From Octopus vulgaris (lineage: Eukaryota): 64,000 nucleotides of DNA. A program made the translations under genes and the position numbers. Below are positions 14,301 to 25,650 of the stretch, piece after piece. Position 1 is the stretch's first letter; each line of letters begins with the position of its first letter. The notes under the pieces were generated by a model. The model was not told the DNA's origin and did not search any database. It was given only the letters and a program-made list of their open reading frames with translations. The DNA lies in assembly GCA_951406725.2 (NCBI GenBank), contig OX597823.1, forward strand, positions 36,146,001 through 36,210,000. The letters run 5' to 3'.

Positions 14301-17300
14301 AATTGAGATGTCTCTGTATAGAAAGACTGAAGAGCTTGAGGAGGAATGGAGCTTGCTCTGAAACTGAAGAAACTGTGTCAAGGCTAGTAGACTTATTGGT
14401 TTGAAGTGATCTGAAATACTTTGCTAGTGGGTGTGATGTATGCATGGTAGTGGTGAGTTTGAATGAAAAGAGATAGTTTGGAGATTTACTGTGGAACAAA
14501 TCTGAGGGTTTTCTCTACATGAGTATTGCTTAGAATCATTATGGTTGAGAAGTGAAGGAATGGAAGATTTCAGAGACCAAATGGTTCAGTTGCATTTGGA
14601 ACTTGGGAGGGACTTGAGGGTTATGCATGGTATACAGAGATAGTGCTCCAGAAGTTGTAGCACTAGACAAATGCTATCCTGTTTGTTGGTGTGGGTGACT
14701 TGCTGTAATGAGGGGACCCTGGGAGTACAAGTTTTTATTGTTTAGGATATGAAAGGGACATGCTTAAGAGGATGGGTCATGGCTGAAGTACATGTACTGC
14801 TCTTGATAAGTAGTGAACTGCAACCAATCAGCTAGTTTATAGGGTCCAGGAAATGATGTAATATGGGGGTGGGTAATGACAATGAAGCAGTGATCGGACA
14901 GTACATTAGATACGGACATGGCCTAGCATATGTTGAGTTTGGATAGGAAAAAGAGATGATGGGTGTTTGGAGCATCTGTATGTAGAGAGTTGTGAAAGAT
15001 AATGGGGAGGCACCAGCTTTGAGGGCAGAGTTTAAATCTAGGCTGTTGGCTGAGCCCCAGCAGACACCAGTCTCTAGAGGGAATGGTTACAGATAAATGC
15101 CAGACGATGATAAAGTGTAAAGTAAAGGATATAAGGAGTTATGTTTGGAGAAGTTCATGAGTATGAATAGGAGAACTGTCCGACATTTAGGGGAATTTAG
15201 ATACCGTTAGTACAAATAAGCCAGCTTGGTCTAAATAGTTGCAGAGAAGTGAAAGATTCCCTCCCTCTCCTATACAAAATTACTCTATCATCATCATCAT
15301 CATTGTTTAACGTCTGCTTTCCATGCTAGCATGGGTTGGGCGTTTTGACTGAGGTCTGTCGAACCAGATGGATGCACCAAACTCCTGCCAGATCAGATTG
15401 GAGTCTGGTGCAGCCATCTGGTTTGCCAGACCTCAGTAAATCGTCCAACCCATGCTAGCATGGAAAGCAGACGTTAAACGATGATGATGATAGAGTAATT
15501 TTGTATAGGAGAGGGAGGGAATCTTTCACTTCTCTGCAACTATTTAGACCAAGCTGGCTTATTTGTACTAACAGTATCTAAATTTCCGGCAACTCAGAAT
15601 TGAACAAAATTGTAGTCTTTTTTTTAGATGTAACTACCAGTTGTCTTCTGTCAACATTTAATGACTAAAAACAACTTTTTTTATATATACCTTTTCACAG
15701 AAAAAAAAACAGCAACTACACTGAAATGTCTAAATATAATTTAGTATTTTAATTTGCTTGTTTGTTTGTTTTTGGTTGTTTTTTTTTATATTCTGTAATA
15801 TTTACATATTTCTCTGTATTTTTTTTTTCTCATAGTCTTCCAAGTTGACATGACATGGGCTAGTGTCTCTCTTAATTTAAATTTGTACCTAAAAGTATAT
15901 TTTGGTATCCGTGGCAACAAGGACAGCATGCTCTAAAACAGGAAAGATTTCTCATCTATCGTATTTAAGTTTTAGCGGAACGACAGCACATTGGCTGGAT
16001 GAAACTCAGTAAGCCAGATGATGGCTACTACACCAATGATTAAATAAACTTTAATACTTTCTCTCAAAATAATTTCAGTTTTAATTTAGAAAATCTTTTA
16101 GGGTGGATTCTAAACCATATTTCAGTTTAATTATTGAAAGAAAAAAAAATATTTATCCAATTTTTCTTTTCTTTTCTTTTTCTTTCTTTTTCTTTCTTTT
16201 TTTTTATACTTTTAGGCTTTTGAAAAACAAGGCTTTCATACGGGGACTCCCCCCCCCGTTCAGCCTGCCGCTAGCTACAGGAACCCAGGCAGGTCCAATG
16301 GGTGCTCCCACCACTCCATATGGGACTCCATTTGTACCCCTTGTGACCCATCAGCCTCATTCCCAGATGCTGCACCACCCCCTGCAACAGGTCAGTTGCA
16401 TGAAGTAATGTGCAATTCTGTGCTGCAAGCAGCCTAGTCTCCACTTGCAGTTGTTTGTTACTAATGCTTAGGGTGAGCTGTAGAGAAGTGTTACATAGCC
16501 TGCAGACGTTGAAGTGGTTTGTCTGTTTAACTCTCTTCTACTAAACTTAATAAGCCTTGCTGCTCTAGTAAGCTACCTTACTGTGTATTTGTGTGTATGA
16601 ATGGCATCGTATGGTCATGGAGATTAATGAATTCTGAATTCTGTTGGGAAGTTTATGATGGCACTTTAGTCCGATCACTGGTATTTGCCACCATATAAGC
16701 TTGCTTTTTAGCATTTCCTCCTAACACTTGCTTTAACTCCAGTATTTTTTAACATTTTCCACCTTTCGTTTTGCAATAATTTTTTTTAAATTTATTCCTT
16801 AAGTGTATATTATTTTGAAGATGATGATGGTGGTGGTGGTGGTAGACCAGTGAAAAGGATTTTTAGATGTAATTATGACTTGAAAAAAAAAAAGATCTTT
16901 TAAGATTTAGTACTTAAGTCTCTTCATGAGTCTTATTTATTGGTCATGAGATGAAACCTGGTAGAAATCAGTAAGTATTATGTTGTATATTATAGTGGAG
17001 GTATTAACAGCTTAGACTGGATGGCTGTGGTTTTACAGCTTATATTGGACAGCTGTGATGTTCTTTATATCTGAGTTTTGGTTGTGTTTCGCCATTAATA
17101 GCCTTTTGTGTCATGGCTTATTTATGATATGGAATCCTGCTTTACAACCCTCCATATGACTAGCTTCATCTGTAATAGTTAATGATAATGGATGTGGTGC
17201 TTAATGATGATACTATTAATAATAACAACAACAATAATAATAATGATGATATGAAGAAAGGCAAGTAAAACCAATCACTCCCAAAGTATCAATATCGATT

Positions 17301-18612
17301 GGCTCTACCCAAGTAATAAAAAACTAAAACAACTGTGGTGGGTGGTGCTGTTGCAGATAACTCTGGTGGCTGCATTTTTATTTTAGTCATTGCATTGTGA
17401 CTAAAGATTGATGAGCAAAAATAACTTAAATATAGTGACCTTGATTTTATCCAGTGTCACATGGTTTTATTATTAAAATGTTCCCCAGTTCTTTTCTTGT
17501 TTTTTTTCTTTTTTCTATTTTTTTTAACAATCTTAATTTTTTTTTTCTATTTTATTTCATTTTTTTCCCATTTTTTGTTGTTGCTTTAGGTCTTTATTAT
17601 AAATATTTGCTTCGCCATATTTTCCAGTATTAAAATTAGCTCCATCAATATTTCATCCACCCACCCTAGTTACAAATTGAAATACATTTAAAATTTTATT
17701 TAAATGTACCTGAAAATAGTTTGTCGTTCCAATTTACTTAATTGGCTGAAGAATACTAATTTTACAGCAAAATTCTTAAAAGCTCATATGTTTGGCAATT
17801 CCTTGAAACTTGATTTGCAAGTTTTAGTGTCTAAACTAGTTGTAGTCTTCTAAGTATTAGTATATCACCAGTTTAGTTTTAAAACCTTTTAGAAATTTAA
17901 ATCTTTTAAAATGCCACTGTCATTAGTTGCTTTTACATCCTGTTTTTAAGTAATATTTTTACCTGCCCAGCTTTTTCATGTTCTAATCAGACAAAAAGCA
18001 TTCCCTTTTTCATTTGTAATGGTTAGAAATTTAAATTATCAGCTACTTTAGTTTCACATTGTATTATTACTTAAAACTAATAATAATAATTAATAGTAAT
18101 TCCAAATTATTAATCATCTGCCTCTTCCTTCTTGTCTCTAATCCTCCTACATCCTTGCAATGCCTCAACATGAGTCCTTCGTTTTTCTTTCACTCATTTT
18201 TATTTTTTCACTTTTATTGCACAGTAACCAAGTTTATTATTATTGTTGTTGTTGTTAACTATAGTGGTTAATATTTTCTTGCTTTCATGTTTCGGTTTTA
18301 GTATGTTGGTTATGAAATTGCTTGTGTGTGCGTGTGCATGCGCGAGAGAAAGAGAGAGAGAGATTGCTGCTATTTCTCTGTTGTATGTATGTATGTATTA
18401 CACATGTATATAACATGCTTGTTGTTGACATATAGTGTATATGAACTTGTTTGTGTTAATACATCACTGCTTCTATTTATGGGAAATAAACTTCTCTCTT
18501 TTCTTTTCAGGATTCCAGTGGTGGCTCAAGCCGTGGTGCGCAGCAGGCTAGCACACAGCCAAAATCTGGAGGTTCTAAAAATTATGCACCCACCTATTGG
18601 AGTGCATCCTAA
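2205..18612 (+). CDS. UBAP2L: UBAP2/UBAP2L (lingerer-like) protein, 3' part of a multi-exon gene (13 exons in window; 5' exons upstream of window)
   Basis: GT-AG exons with consistent phases (one frameshift at 16249-16257) encode IPTSAVEMP..LDVQFGNLEF, GKAPPNLPPGVPLL, YDELQMIQQRMP, FEKQGFHTGTP, HQPHSQMLHHPLQQ|D and a terminal YWSAS*, matching recalled UBAP2/UBAP2L/Lingerer motifs in order. Confidence 0.93.
2464..2674 (+). CDS. UBAP2L: UBAP2L exon B (Ser-rich)
   Basis: cttgtag acceptor, gtaagt donor, phase 2 to 0 fits neighbours. Confidence 0.88.
2763..2874 (+). CDS. UBAP2L: UBAP2L exon C (IATPDPIPFPSSP...)
   Basis: ttttctag acceptor, gtaagt donor, phase 0 to 1, open frame. Confidence 0.88.
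3165..3796 (+). CDS. UBAP2L: UBAP2L exon D (S/Q/Y-rich low-complexity region)
   Basis: ttttag acceptor, gtatgt donor; lies within ORF 3131..3838. Confidence 0.9.
3891..5028 (+). mobile_element. Tc1/mariner DNA transposon, pseudogenised, in UBAP2L intron
   Basis: ~35-bp TIRs (tatcaggttgagtaaaaagtaagcaatgttttgaa / ttcaaaacattgcttactttttgctcagtgtgata); WVLHDL and YSPDLSPTDYHF-like remnants. Confidence 0.85.
5495..5648 (+). CDS. UBAP2L: UBAP2L exon E (Thr/Ser-rich)
   Basis: tgtgttag acceptor, gtaaat donor, phase 0 to 1, open frame YDHSVSATTTT... Confidence 0.82.
6060..7480 (-). mobile_element. Gypsy/Ty3-type LTR retrotransposon gag-protease relic
   Basis: ORF 7165..7587 (FEAYYLRFEQIF...LILRKL) is gag-like; CFHCGNTGHIKLHC zinc knuckle near 6670-6712; degenerate LxxGSDIT protease motif near 6520-6550. 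Confidence 0.7.
7887..7975 (+). CDS. UBAP2L: UBAP2L exon F (GKAPPNLPPGVPLL)
   Basis: tctcag acceptor, gtaagt donor; signature motif of the family's C-terminal region. Confidence 0.93.
9325..9393 (+). CDS. UBAP2L: UBAP2L exon G (SYDELQMIQQRMPM); alternative in-frame acceptor at 9313
   Basis: cacag acceptor, gtaaat donor; resembles UBAP2L YDDLQMLQTRFP. Confidence 0.88.
9533..9626 (+). CDS. UBAP2L: UBAP2L exon H (NYYDMATFPVPTTLTSRD)
   Basis: cctgcag acceptor, gtaagt donor, phase 0 to 1. Confidence 0.9.
11049..11218 (+). CDS. UBAP2L: UBAP2L exon I (KLSRVEAQSP...YPYYYP)
   Basis: (ct)n-ag acceptor, gtaagt donor, phase 1 to 0. Confidence 0.9.
11988..12084 (+). CDS. UBAP2L: UBAP2L exon J (MPPVTNTAHG...YGSHAYNT)
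   Basis: tttcag acceptor, gtaaga donor; YGSHxYNT motif. Confidence 0.88.
12999..13072 (+). CDS. UBAP2L: UBAP2L exon K (ADIPGSGYGKS)
   Basis: cttacag acceptor, gtaagt donor, phase 1 to 0; resembles UBAP2L PDISGSVYSK. Confidence 0.88.
13300..15180 (-). mobile_element. old non-LTR retrotransposon (CR1/L2-like) remnant
   Basis: purine-rich + strand; minus fragments such as LLSKLSTYGFHSSL resemble an RT region; boundaries approximate. Confidence 0.5.
15191..15587. repeat. long inverted repeat (~190-nt arms, short loop) centred on a SINE tail
   Basis: 15191-15385 is the near-exact reverse complement of 15400-15587. Confidence 0.95.
16216..16390 (+). CDS. UBAP2L: UBAP2L exon L (AFEKQGFHTGTP...HSQMLHHPLQQ), with one extra C in run 16249-16257
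   Basis: long poly-T tract and ag acceptor, gtcagt donor; the two conserved halves sit in different frames across the C9 run. Confidence 0.88.
18511..18612 (+). CDS. UBAP2L: UBAP2L terminal coding exon (DSSGGSSRG...NYAPTYWSAS*)
   Basis: ttttcag acceptor; TAA at 18610-18612; resembles the D...YxW terminus of UBAP2/UBAP2L. Confidence 0.9.
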   Translation, partial: DSSGGSSRGAQQASTQPKSGGSKNYAPTYWSAS

Positions 18613-18917
18613 GTTTACCTCACTTGTGTGAATCCCACTTGCAGGGGTGTGACCTCTTCCAAAAGGTTGCTATGGTGACCACCTTTTTCTCTCTTTCTCT
18701 CTTTCTGGGTTTGCTGCCATTTGTCAGCTTGTTTGGTGGGCTCCCCTCCTCTTACCAAGACCTCTCTGCCTGTGTGAAAATTCCTACCATAGGGTTGGCT
18801 ACACCTCTCAGCAATATGTTGATGTAGCAATACCACCTACCATTAACTAGTTTCATAGTCTTTTAGCAGCTCTGTGTACAGTTTTGGCTATTCCTTTTGT
18901 TTATGTATGTATGTATA

Positions 18918-18952
<35 letters not shown>

Positions 18953-18970
18953 TTGTGTATGTGTATTTTG

Positions 18971-19006
<36 letters not shown>

Positions 19007-20181
19007 ATATATATATATAAAGTGTGTGTGTATGTATGTATACACATACACAAATTATGTATTGTAAACTTTTGTGCCAGGCTTCCTGGCACAAAGACTT
19101 CAAACAACTTTTTGCCAGATAGGAACAGTGGCATGTGATATTGTGCCTTAATTGGAATAACTTGTCTCGCACCAAAATGGCAGTCTTTGCCATTAGAAAA
19201 AAATCCATTACAATGAGCATTACCCATATATGTGTGTGTGTGTATGTATGTATATATATATATATATGTGTGTGTGTGACTGTATATATACACGCGTGTA
19301 TGTATATATGTATGACTGACGTGTGTATATATGCGTGTGTGTATATACATTCATATATATACATATACACATACACACACTGGGTTGTATATGTGTCTGC
19401 CAGTATCCTTCAGTAAGTGTATACATGTCTACCAGAATTGTAGATACAAAAAGATATACTTGTAAATTTGTTTCCCTTTTTATTTTGATTTGATTTTAAT
19501 TCTCCTGCAGTGCTGAGTTGTGTGTGTTTCTGTGGATTTACATTTAAATGTCTTATTTTGGTGTATAGTACATCTATTTATACACCAGTTTGTGTGTGTG
19601 TATTATATACACACATACCAATGACTCTTCAGCTTTAAATGTTATTTTTGTTTTTGTTTAAACATAAACCATTTGCATGTTCGTGTTAAAAAAATTAACA
19701 CATGTACATGCTTCCAAACACATTATACACACACAGACACACACACACACACGTACACGTGCGCACACACAGTCACATAGTCTAGTGCTCCCTGCCCCTC
19801 CAAAAATACACCTGGTGAGCTCATCAGTAAAATTAAAAATATGTTGCGTTTACTGCAGCTATGATCAGATGAATTTCTGTAAATTTCTAGGGTCATGTGA
19901 GAATATATATATATCCACTAAGCAGGAGTTGCTGTTAAATATCCTGACCGTTGCCGGCTAAATATTTTGTGTGCATGTGATGGTTATGTTAGTCGATTCA
20001 CCTTGGTGTTTTTAGGCATGGTGAATCTGTCTCCCTCTTTCTCTCCTCTTCCATCCCCAACCTTTCCTATTTCTTTCTATATATTATACAAAACATTGTA
20101 CAAAAAAAAATTATAAAGAAAAGTGGAAAAATTTAACTGAAAAGGAAAGAAAAGACCAAAAAAAACATGGGGGGAAATATA

Positions 20182-20187
20182 AATAAA
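20182..20187 (+). promoter_or_regulatory. candidate polyadenylation signal of UBAP2L 3' UTR
   Basis: AATAAA in an A-rich stretch followed by a GT/T-rich element (gttgttgggttttttt), just before TE sequence resumes. Confidence 0.45.
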
Positions 20188-20399
20188 ACGAAAAAAAATT
20201 GCAAAATGATCAAAGTTGTTGGGTTTTTTTGTGGGGGCAGGGTCTTCCCTTCCCATCTCCCTCTATCCACACACTACTTACTGGTACTAATTTCCTAGAC
20301 TATTGCTGCATTCATACTTTTTATACTCAAATAAGTACATGGACAACAAAACATAAATGGGCTAAGAGAAAAACTGAACAGGAGTGAAGTGTGTGATTT

Positions 20400-21860
20400 G
20401 TATGGAGGAGGACAGTATGCAGTGATGGGCCATACACTGAAAATAAATGGAGCTTGTGGAAGAGGGAGACCAAGACCAACTTTGGATGAAGTAGTGAAGA
20501 TGGATCTAAAACTTACACTTTGCTTAAGGAGGACACATTCATCTATCCAGATCATTAGGTTATTTACATCAAAGAACTCCAGTAGCCTTGTTCTTTCCTT
20601 ATTACAGTAACCAACTCCATGGCCACCTTGCACATATGAAAGCTACCTAGATGTTGCCCAACATGTCCCGAAGTCACCAGCCACAAAAATAAGGTCACAG
20701 TCATTTGTTTTTAAGGTAGTCTGCAAAAGAGTATAATAAAATCGATCCTTTTGTTCGTGTGGCAGACCTGGTTGAGGGAGCATGGGTAGAAATAATTGTT
20801 GCTCTACTACTTAGCAAAACTAGTCGAAGCTTAAGTATTTTGTCACACTCTCTGACTATCTCAGTTAACCTGTATTGTAATAATGGGTGTGAGAGACTAT
20901 GACTAAGGGAGTTTCTGGTGTAGGGGATGAGAATGGGTGGGTGCAATACAAGCAGGTGAAGGGTTCCAACAACATTAGGAGAATATGAACAGGTTTATAA
21001 TGAGTTGGAAGCAGATTGAAACAAGTTTTATCTAAACTTAATGTTAGCTCAAAGACCATACAGGATTCATTAAGTTTAAATATTAGGTAATGCAGGTCTC
21101 TGAATGGGTTACCAAGTTACAGTCACCTGCATCACAATAATTCTCTTATTAAAAAGGTAAATGTTTTTGCTTTTGCTGACAACTTTCCCAAATTAAATAA
21201 TTTACTAGTTCTTCTATAATAAATATATACACTTGTCCCAACAACTTTTGAATGTCTTTACAACCACAACTGAAAAGTATAGAGAAAATAATGTTGGTCC
21301 AAGAATATCTCATTGCTTCACCCCATTTTCCACTTTAAAAGATGCTGAAAAACATTCTTTCAACATTAACAAATGCAGTCATGCTATCATAAAAAGATTT
21401 TATGTTCATTAAATGTAATGGGCAGCCAAGCTTACATCCACTTCCACCTACATACCCATAATGCCTGCCTAGTCACTGTCAAAAGCCTTTGTGAAATCAA
21501 GAGACCTGAACTAAATCCAATTCAAACAACTGTGCTACATGATAGTGAGTCATGGGCTGAGAATATTGTGGATATGCAATGGCTTGAAAGAAATGAAACC
21601 AGGCAGTGAGACATGAGCTGTGACTACTGAAGATATGCAAAAACTTGAAAGAAATGAAACCAGTATGCTCTGCTGAATGGGTAATGTCAGTGTGCACATA
21701 TAATAGTGTAAGTGAGAAGAACTGGGTATACAAGGCATCAGATGTGTGAAAGAGAGAAGACTGCATTTGTACAGTCATGTAATTGTGGAGGGAATATAGA
21801 AGGGGTCAACCTGGAACAAAGTGGTGAGAAAGGATGTTCAGATATTGGGTTTCACAGAGG
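20400..21860. mobile_element. RTE LINE fragments in both orientations
   Basis: CGRGRPRPTLDEVV (+), HGVGYCNKERTRLLEFFDVNNLMI endonuclease piece (-), VLHDSESW (+). Confidence 0.6.
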
Positions 21861-22164
21861 GGATGATGGGACTGAGACTCCTGGCAGTTTAATGTGCTTG
21901 AGAAGGCATCAACCTAAGTAAGGGTGTGGTTGTCCTTGCATCCCTCTCCAGCTGAGCGTTTTTAATCTTGAGGACTCGTGGGTGCTGGTGCCATGTAAAT
22001 GCACCCCTGCCAGTGCTGCATAAAAGTATCCAGTACACTCTGTAAAGTGGTTGGCATTCAGCTGTAGAAACCATGTCAAAACTAACATGGAGCCTGGTCA
22101 GTTCCTGTCAAACCACCCAACCCATGCCAGCATGGAAAACATGTTGAATGATGCTGATGATGTC

Positions 22165-23100
22165 TTGCACCTGACATGCAGGAAAGATCATATCCATGAT
22201 GCCCCTATTTGATCTAAAGCAACATTGAGATTCTTGGAGAACATTCACTGAAATCTTGTTTAATCTGTCAAAGAATATCCATATCTTGTGCACCTTTTTC
22301 CTTACAAATGGGGATTATAATACCATCACGCCAGGCTTTTGGTACTGTTCCTATCTTCTGCACATCACAAATTATTTTACACATCAATTTTGCCATTCGG
22401 TAACCTCCATACCAGAAAATGTCTGTAATTCCATTTATTCCTGGTGTTTTTACAAGATTAGGTCTATTAATCAAGATTTGAACCTCTTCAATTGAAGGAA
22501 TATTGTTAAATTTATAAATGACTGGCATTTGCTGAAGATTGGAAATGTTATCCTTGACATTAGAATTTTAAGTAAAAAAAAAAAAGAAAAATTAGAAAAG
22601 TTTTCCTTCCATCATTTTACAATAACATCCATTGATGTAGTCTTTCCTCATTGCTTGCATGTAGAGGTGTAATTCTTGCCACTTCAGGACCATATCTTCC
22701 TTTTATGAGAGCATAAAACTTTTTAGCATCATGGCAATCAGCAGCTAATTGAATATCTTTTCACAAATCCCTCCAATTTTCTTTCATACTTCTTATTGCT
22801 CTCTGTATCTCAGCTATTACTCATATTAGCTCATTTTGTTTCTTTTTGCATATAATAGAGGATAAATTATACTGAAGGAGTGATTTTCTGAGTACAGACT
22901 TTACTCAAATAGCAGGAGTTCTCTATTATTTTCATCAAACCAATCCTGATTATCTGCTTTTTGAAAACCAAGGAATTCAGAAGAGAATGTAGTTTACCCC
23001 ATAAAGATGAATCCTGAATTGATGAAAGGTTCCTCGAAACTTTCTGCATATCAGTATTTAAGCTTTCCTACATTAACGTGTTTTGGTAGGGTTTTATTGT
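22165..23100 (-). mobile_element. RTE LINE RT fragment
   Basis: KTPGINGI, VPKAWRDGIIIPICKEKG, LQESQCCFRSNRGIMDMIF. Confidence 0.75.
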
Positions 23101-23535
23101 AAGACTATCTGCCTAAGATATTTTGTCATGTTAGTGTTTTTTTTTTTGCTCTAACAAGTGCATGATCTTAATAATAGTCCCCCCTCTTTAAGGAATGCAC
23201 ATTAAGTACATCTTTTAGATCTCTTTACCTAACAATTACAAAATTTACTAGATGCAACTGTTTGAATCACAGATGCATCCATGTGATGTGACATTCTTTA
23301 TGTTTAAACTGGGTACTTGATATAATTAAGTCCACCTCTATGCAAAGTTGGAGTAACAAACCATTACTATTCATTTTCCCAACCCCATACCTTCCAAGAC
23401 ATCTCTGTGTTCCAGTCAGTTCCAACTCTAGCAATAAAGTCACCAAGCAAAATTGTTTATACTATACAAACACTCTTATAAAGCTTTATAGAATTCAAGA
23501 TTTACTTCTTCACTGCTGTCTAGAGTTAGTGCATA

Positions 23536-24414
23536 CAAGGGGTGTTCATTAAAGATTCCCCTTGACTTCTGGTTATTGCAGGAAACAGATCTTGTACAGG
23601 TATCATACATGTCACATTGTAAATTGCAGCTTTCCACTGGGAGTCATTTGTCTTTTACAGCTGTTGTAGTGGACCAAGGTGTTATAATGGAAGCAGTTGA
23701 ATGCCAATCAATGATCAGGTTCTTAAACTTGAAAGGTCATACACCAAAAGAGACTTTTGATGAGATTAAAGAAAGTTATAGTGACAATGCACCATCATAC
23801 AACATAGGCAAGCACTGGTGTCACCAATTCAGATGTGGTCAGACATCAGTGGAAACTGCTCCTATTCCTGGATGACCACATTCAACCATTCATGATGACA
23901 CCATACATAAAGTGGAAGCTACCATTTCAGAGGATCGTCATATAACTATTCAGCAACTAGCCCAAGAAGTGAAGATAAATGTAGGGTCCATGGAAAAAAT
24001 CATTCATGACCCCACCAGATGCTCACACTTTTTCAGAAGGAGGAAAGAGTCAATTGCTCCCAAGCTTTTTTGGCAATGAGTGAAGAAATTGAGAACTTTT
24101 TCAGCTGACTTACCACACAGGATAAGACATGGGTCCAGTTGAAGCAATGGAAACCTGATAACACACCACCTCCAAAAAAGTGAAGAGGAAGCATTTTTTT
24201 GATGATGATGAATTTATTTCCAAGGTAAAGACTTGGCTCTAGATGCAACCTGCCAACTGCTACAGACGAGATCTTCATAGCTGCGTAAAGCAAAGGAAGA
24301 AGTGTATCACCATTGGTGGTGGCTATCTAGAAAATGACTAATGATTATGCAAAGTTTCATTTATTCCAGTCCTTAAGAAATGGGTCAAGGGAAATCTTTC
24401 ATGAACACCCCTCG
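23536..24414 (+). mobile_element. mariner element, internally deleted, TA target duplication
   Basis: TIRs caaggggtgttcattaaagattccccttgac / gtcaagggaaatctttcatgaacacccctcg flanked by TA; N-terminal transposase MEAVECQSMIRFLNLKGHTPKETF resembles the 51.7-53 kb copy. Confidence 0.88.
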
Positions 24415-25281
24415 TATGTACTTGTACAAGTTGCTCAACTTTGACACTATCTCATTTTTTAATGGCAAATCCTACACTTGCTTCCATATGTTGTCCTCCT
24501 TTCCCTTCTAGAATACCTTGTACCTAGTAGTAACTTAAGCAGCTTTCTAAGTGCTGCAATATCTACAGAATTTTTTTCATAGTTCTTTAGCAAGAATGAC
24601 AGTTTTATGCTGAGGATAAACTCTTGCATTATCAGCTAACATGCAAACATTCCTACAAGAAATCTTAAGGCCCATTGGTTGGCATTACTAAATTCTATTG
24701 TTTCAGTGCTATATGCACACCTGCCAGCTGTGCTAAACTGACCAGATTTTCATGAGGTAAGCAACTTTTCTTAAACGCTTCCAAATACTTTGGTGGGCAA
24801 TGCTGTCCCTAAAAAAGGGGTTGTTCAGATACCAAACAGAGAAACCAAATTTCACCATTACCTTCAGTTGCTGAGGAAATGAATTTACATCTACCAAAAG
24901 GCCAGCTGTGTACGAGTTGGTGACTTGGTACCTCCAACCCAAGAGGTCTAGCCCTAACGCCACAGCTCTTGTGACACCATAACACAAAAGGACATGCAAA
25001 ATTACAAAAGAGCATAGAAGGAAAGTAAGACGTCGCAATGAAGATAAGTGTTAACAATAATGTTAGAAAGGCCTGTGCAGAAAGTAAGTCATGTGCAATT
25101 TGTACTGCATTGCTAAAACACTTTATAATGATGCTGAGTGCTCCAAAGACAAGCAAGAATATACAATACATAAAAGTATATATAATGGGATGAAAAAATA
25201 AAAAGTTTATATATGTGTGTGTGTATATCCCATCCATGCTAGTATAGAATATGAGGGGTTTGGTTCACTTATGGTCTAAAC

Positions 25282-25650
25282 CAGGGCTTCTCAACCTTTT
25301 TCAGCTCAGGGACCATTTATCTTCACATTAAGATACTTAATGAAAAGGCAAAATAGTCTATTTACACTTTAAACTTCATTTTAGCAAACTAAAGATAAAC
25401 ACAAGATATCAAAATCATTTTTCATAAAGTCGTCATTTTTAGTCCATTCAGCTGGTGACTAGCTTGATATTGGTGTTTCTGACACAAGATATCATAATCA
25501 ATTTTAATGAACTCATTTAGTTTTAGTCTGATTGTTTCGCTACTGTTGACATCTAATTTATTTCTTTTTCCACTTAAAATATCTACAACAGCTGAAAATG
25601 TGGATTCCACCATCCATGTGGTAAGGAAAGAAATGATGCTTGTCAAAAAA
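25282..25650 (-). mobile_element. hAT (Charlie-like) transposon terminal fragment
   Basis: cagggcttctcaacctttt terminus; minus ORF TTWMVESTFSAVVDILSGKRNKLDV resembles the hAT dimerisation domain. Confidence 0.7.

Noticed and set aside
18863-19426. Overlapping ORFs on both strands
   Set aside because: (GT)/(AT) microsatellites in the UBAP2L 3' UTR
19785-19830. Minus-strand CTGATGA-gctc...gagc motif
   Set aside because: Not followed by GAAA; core incomplete
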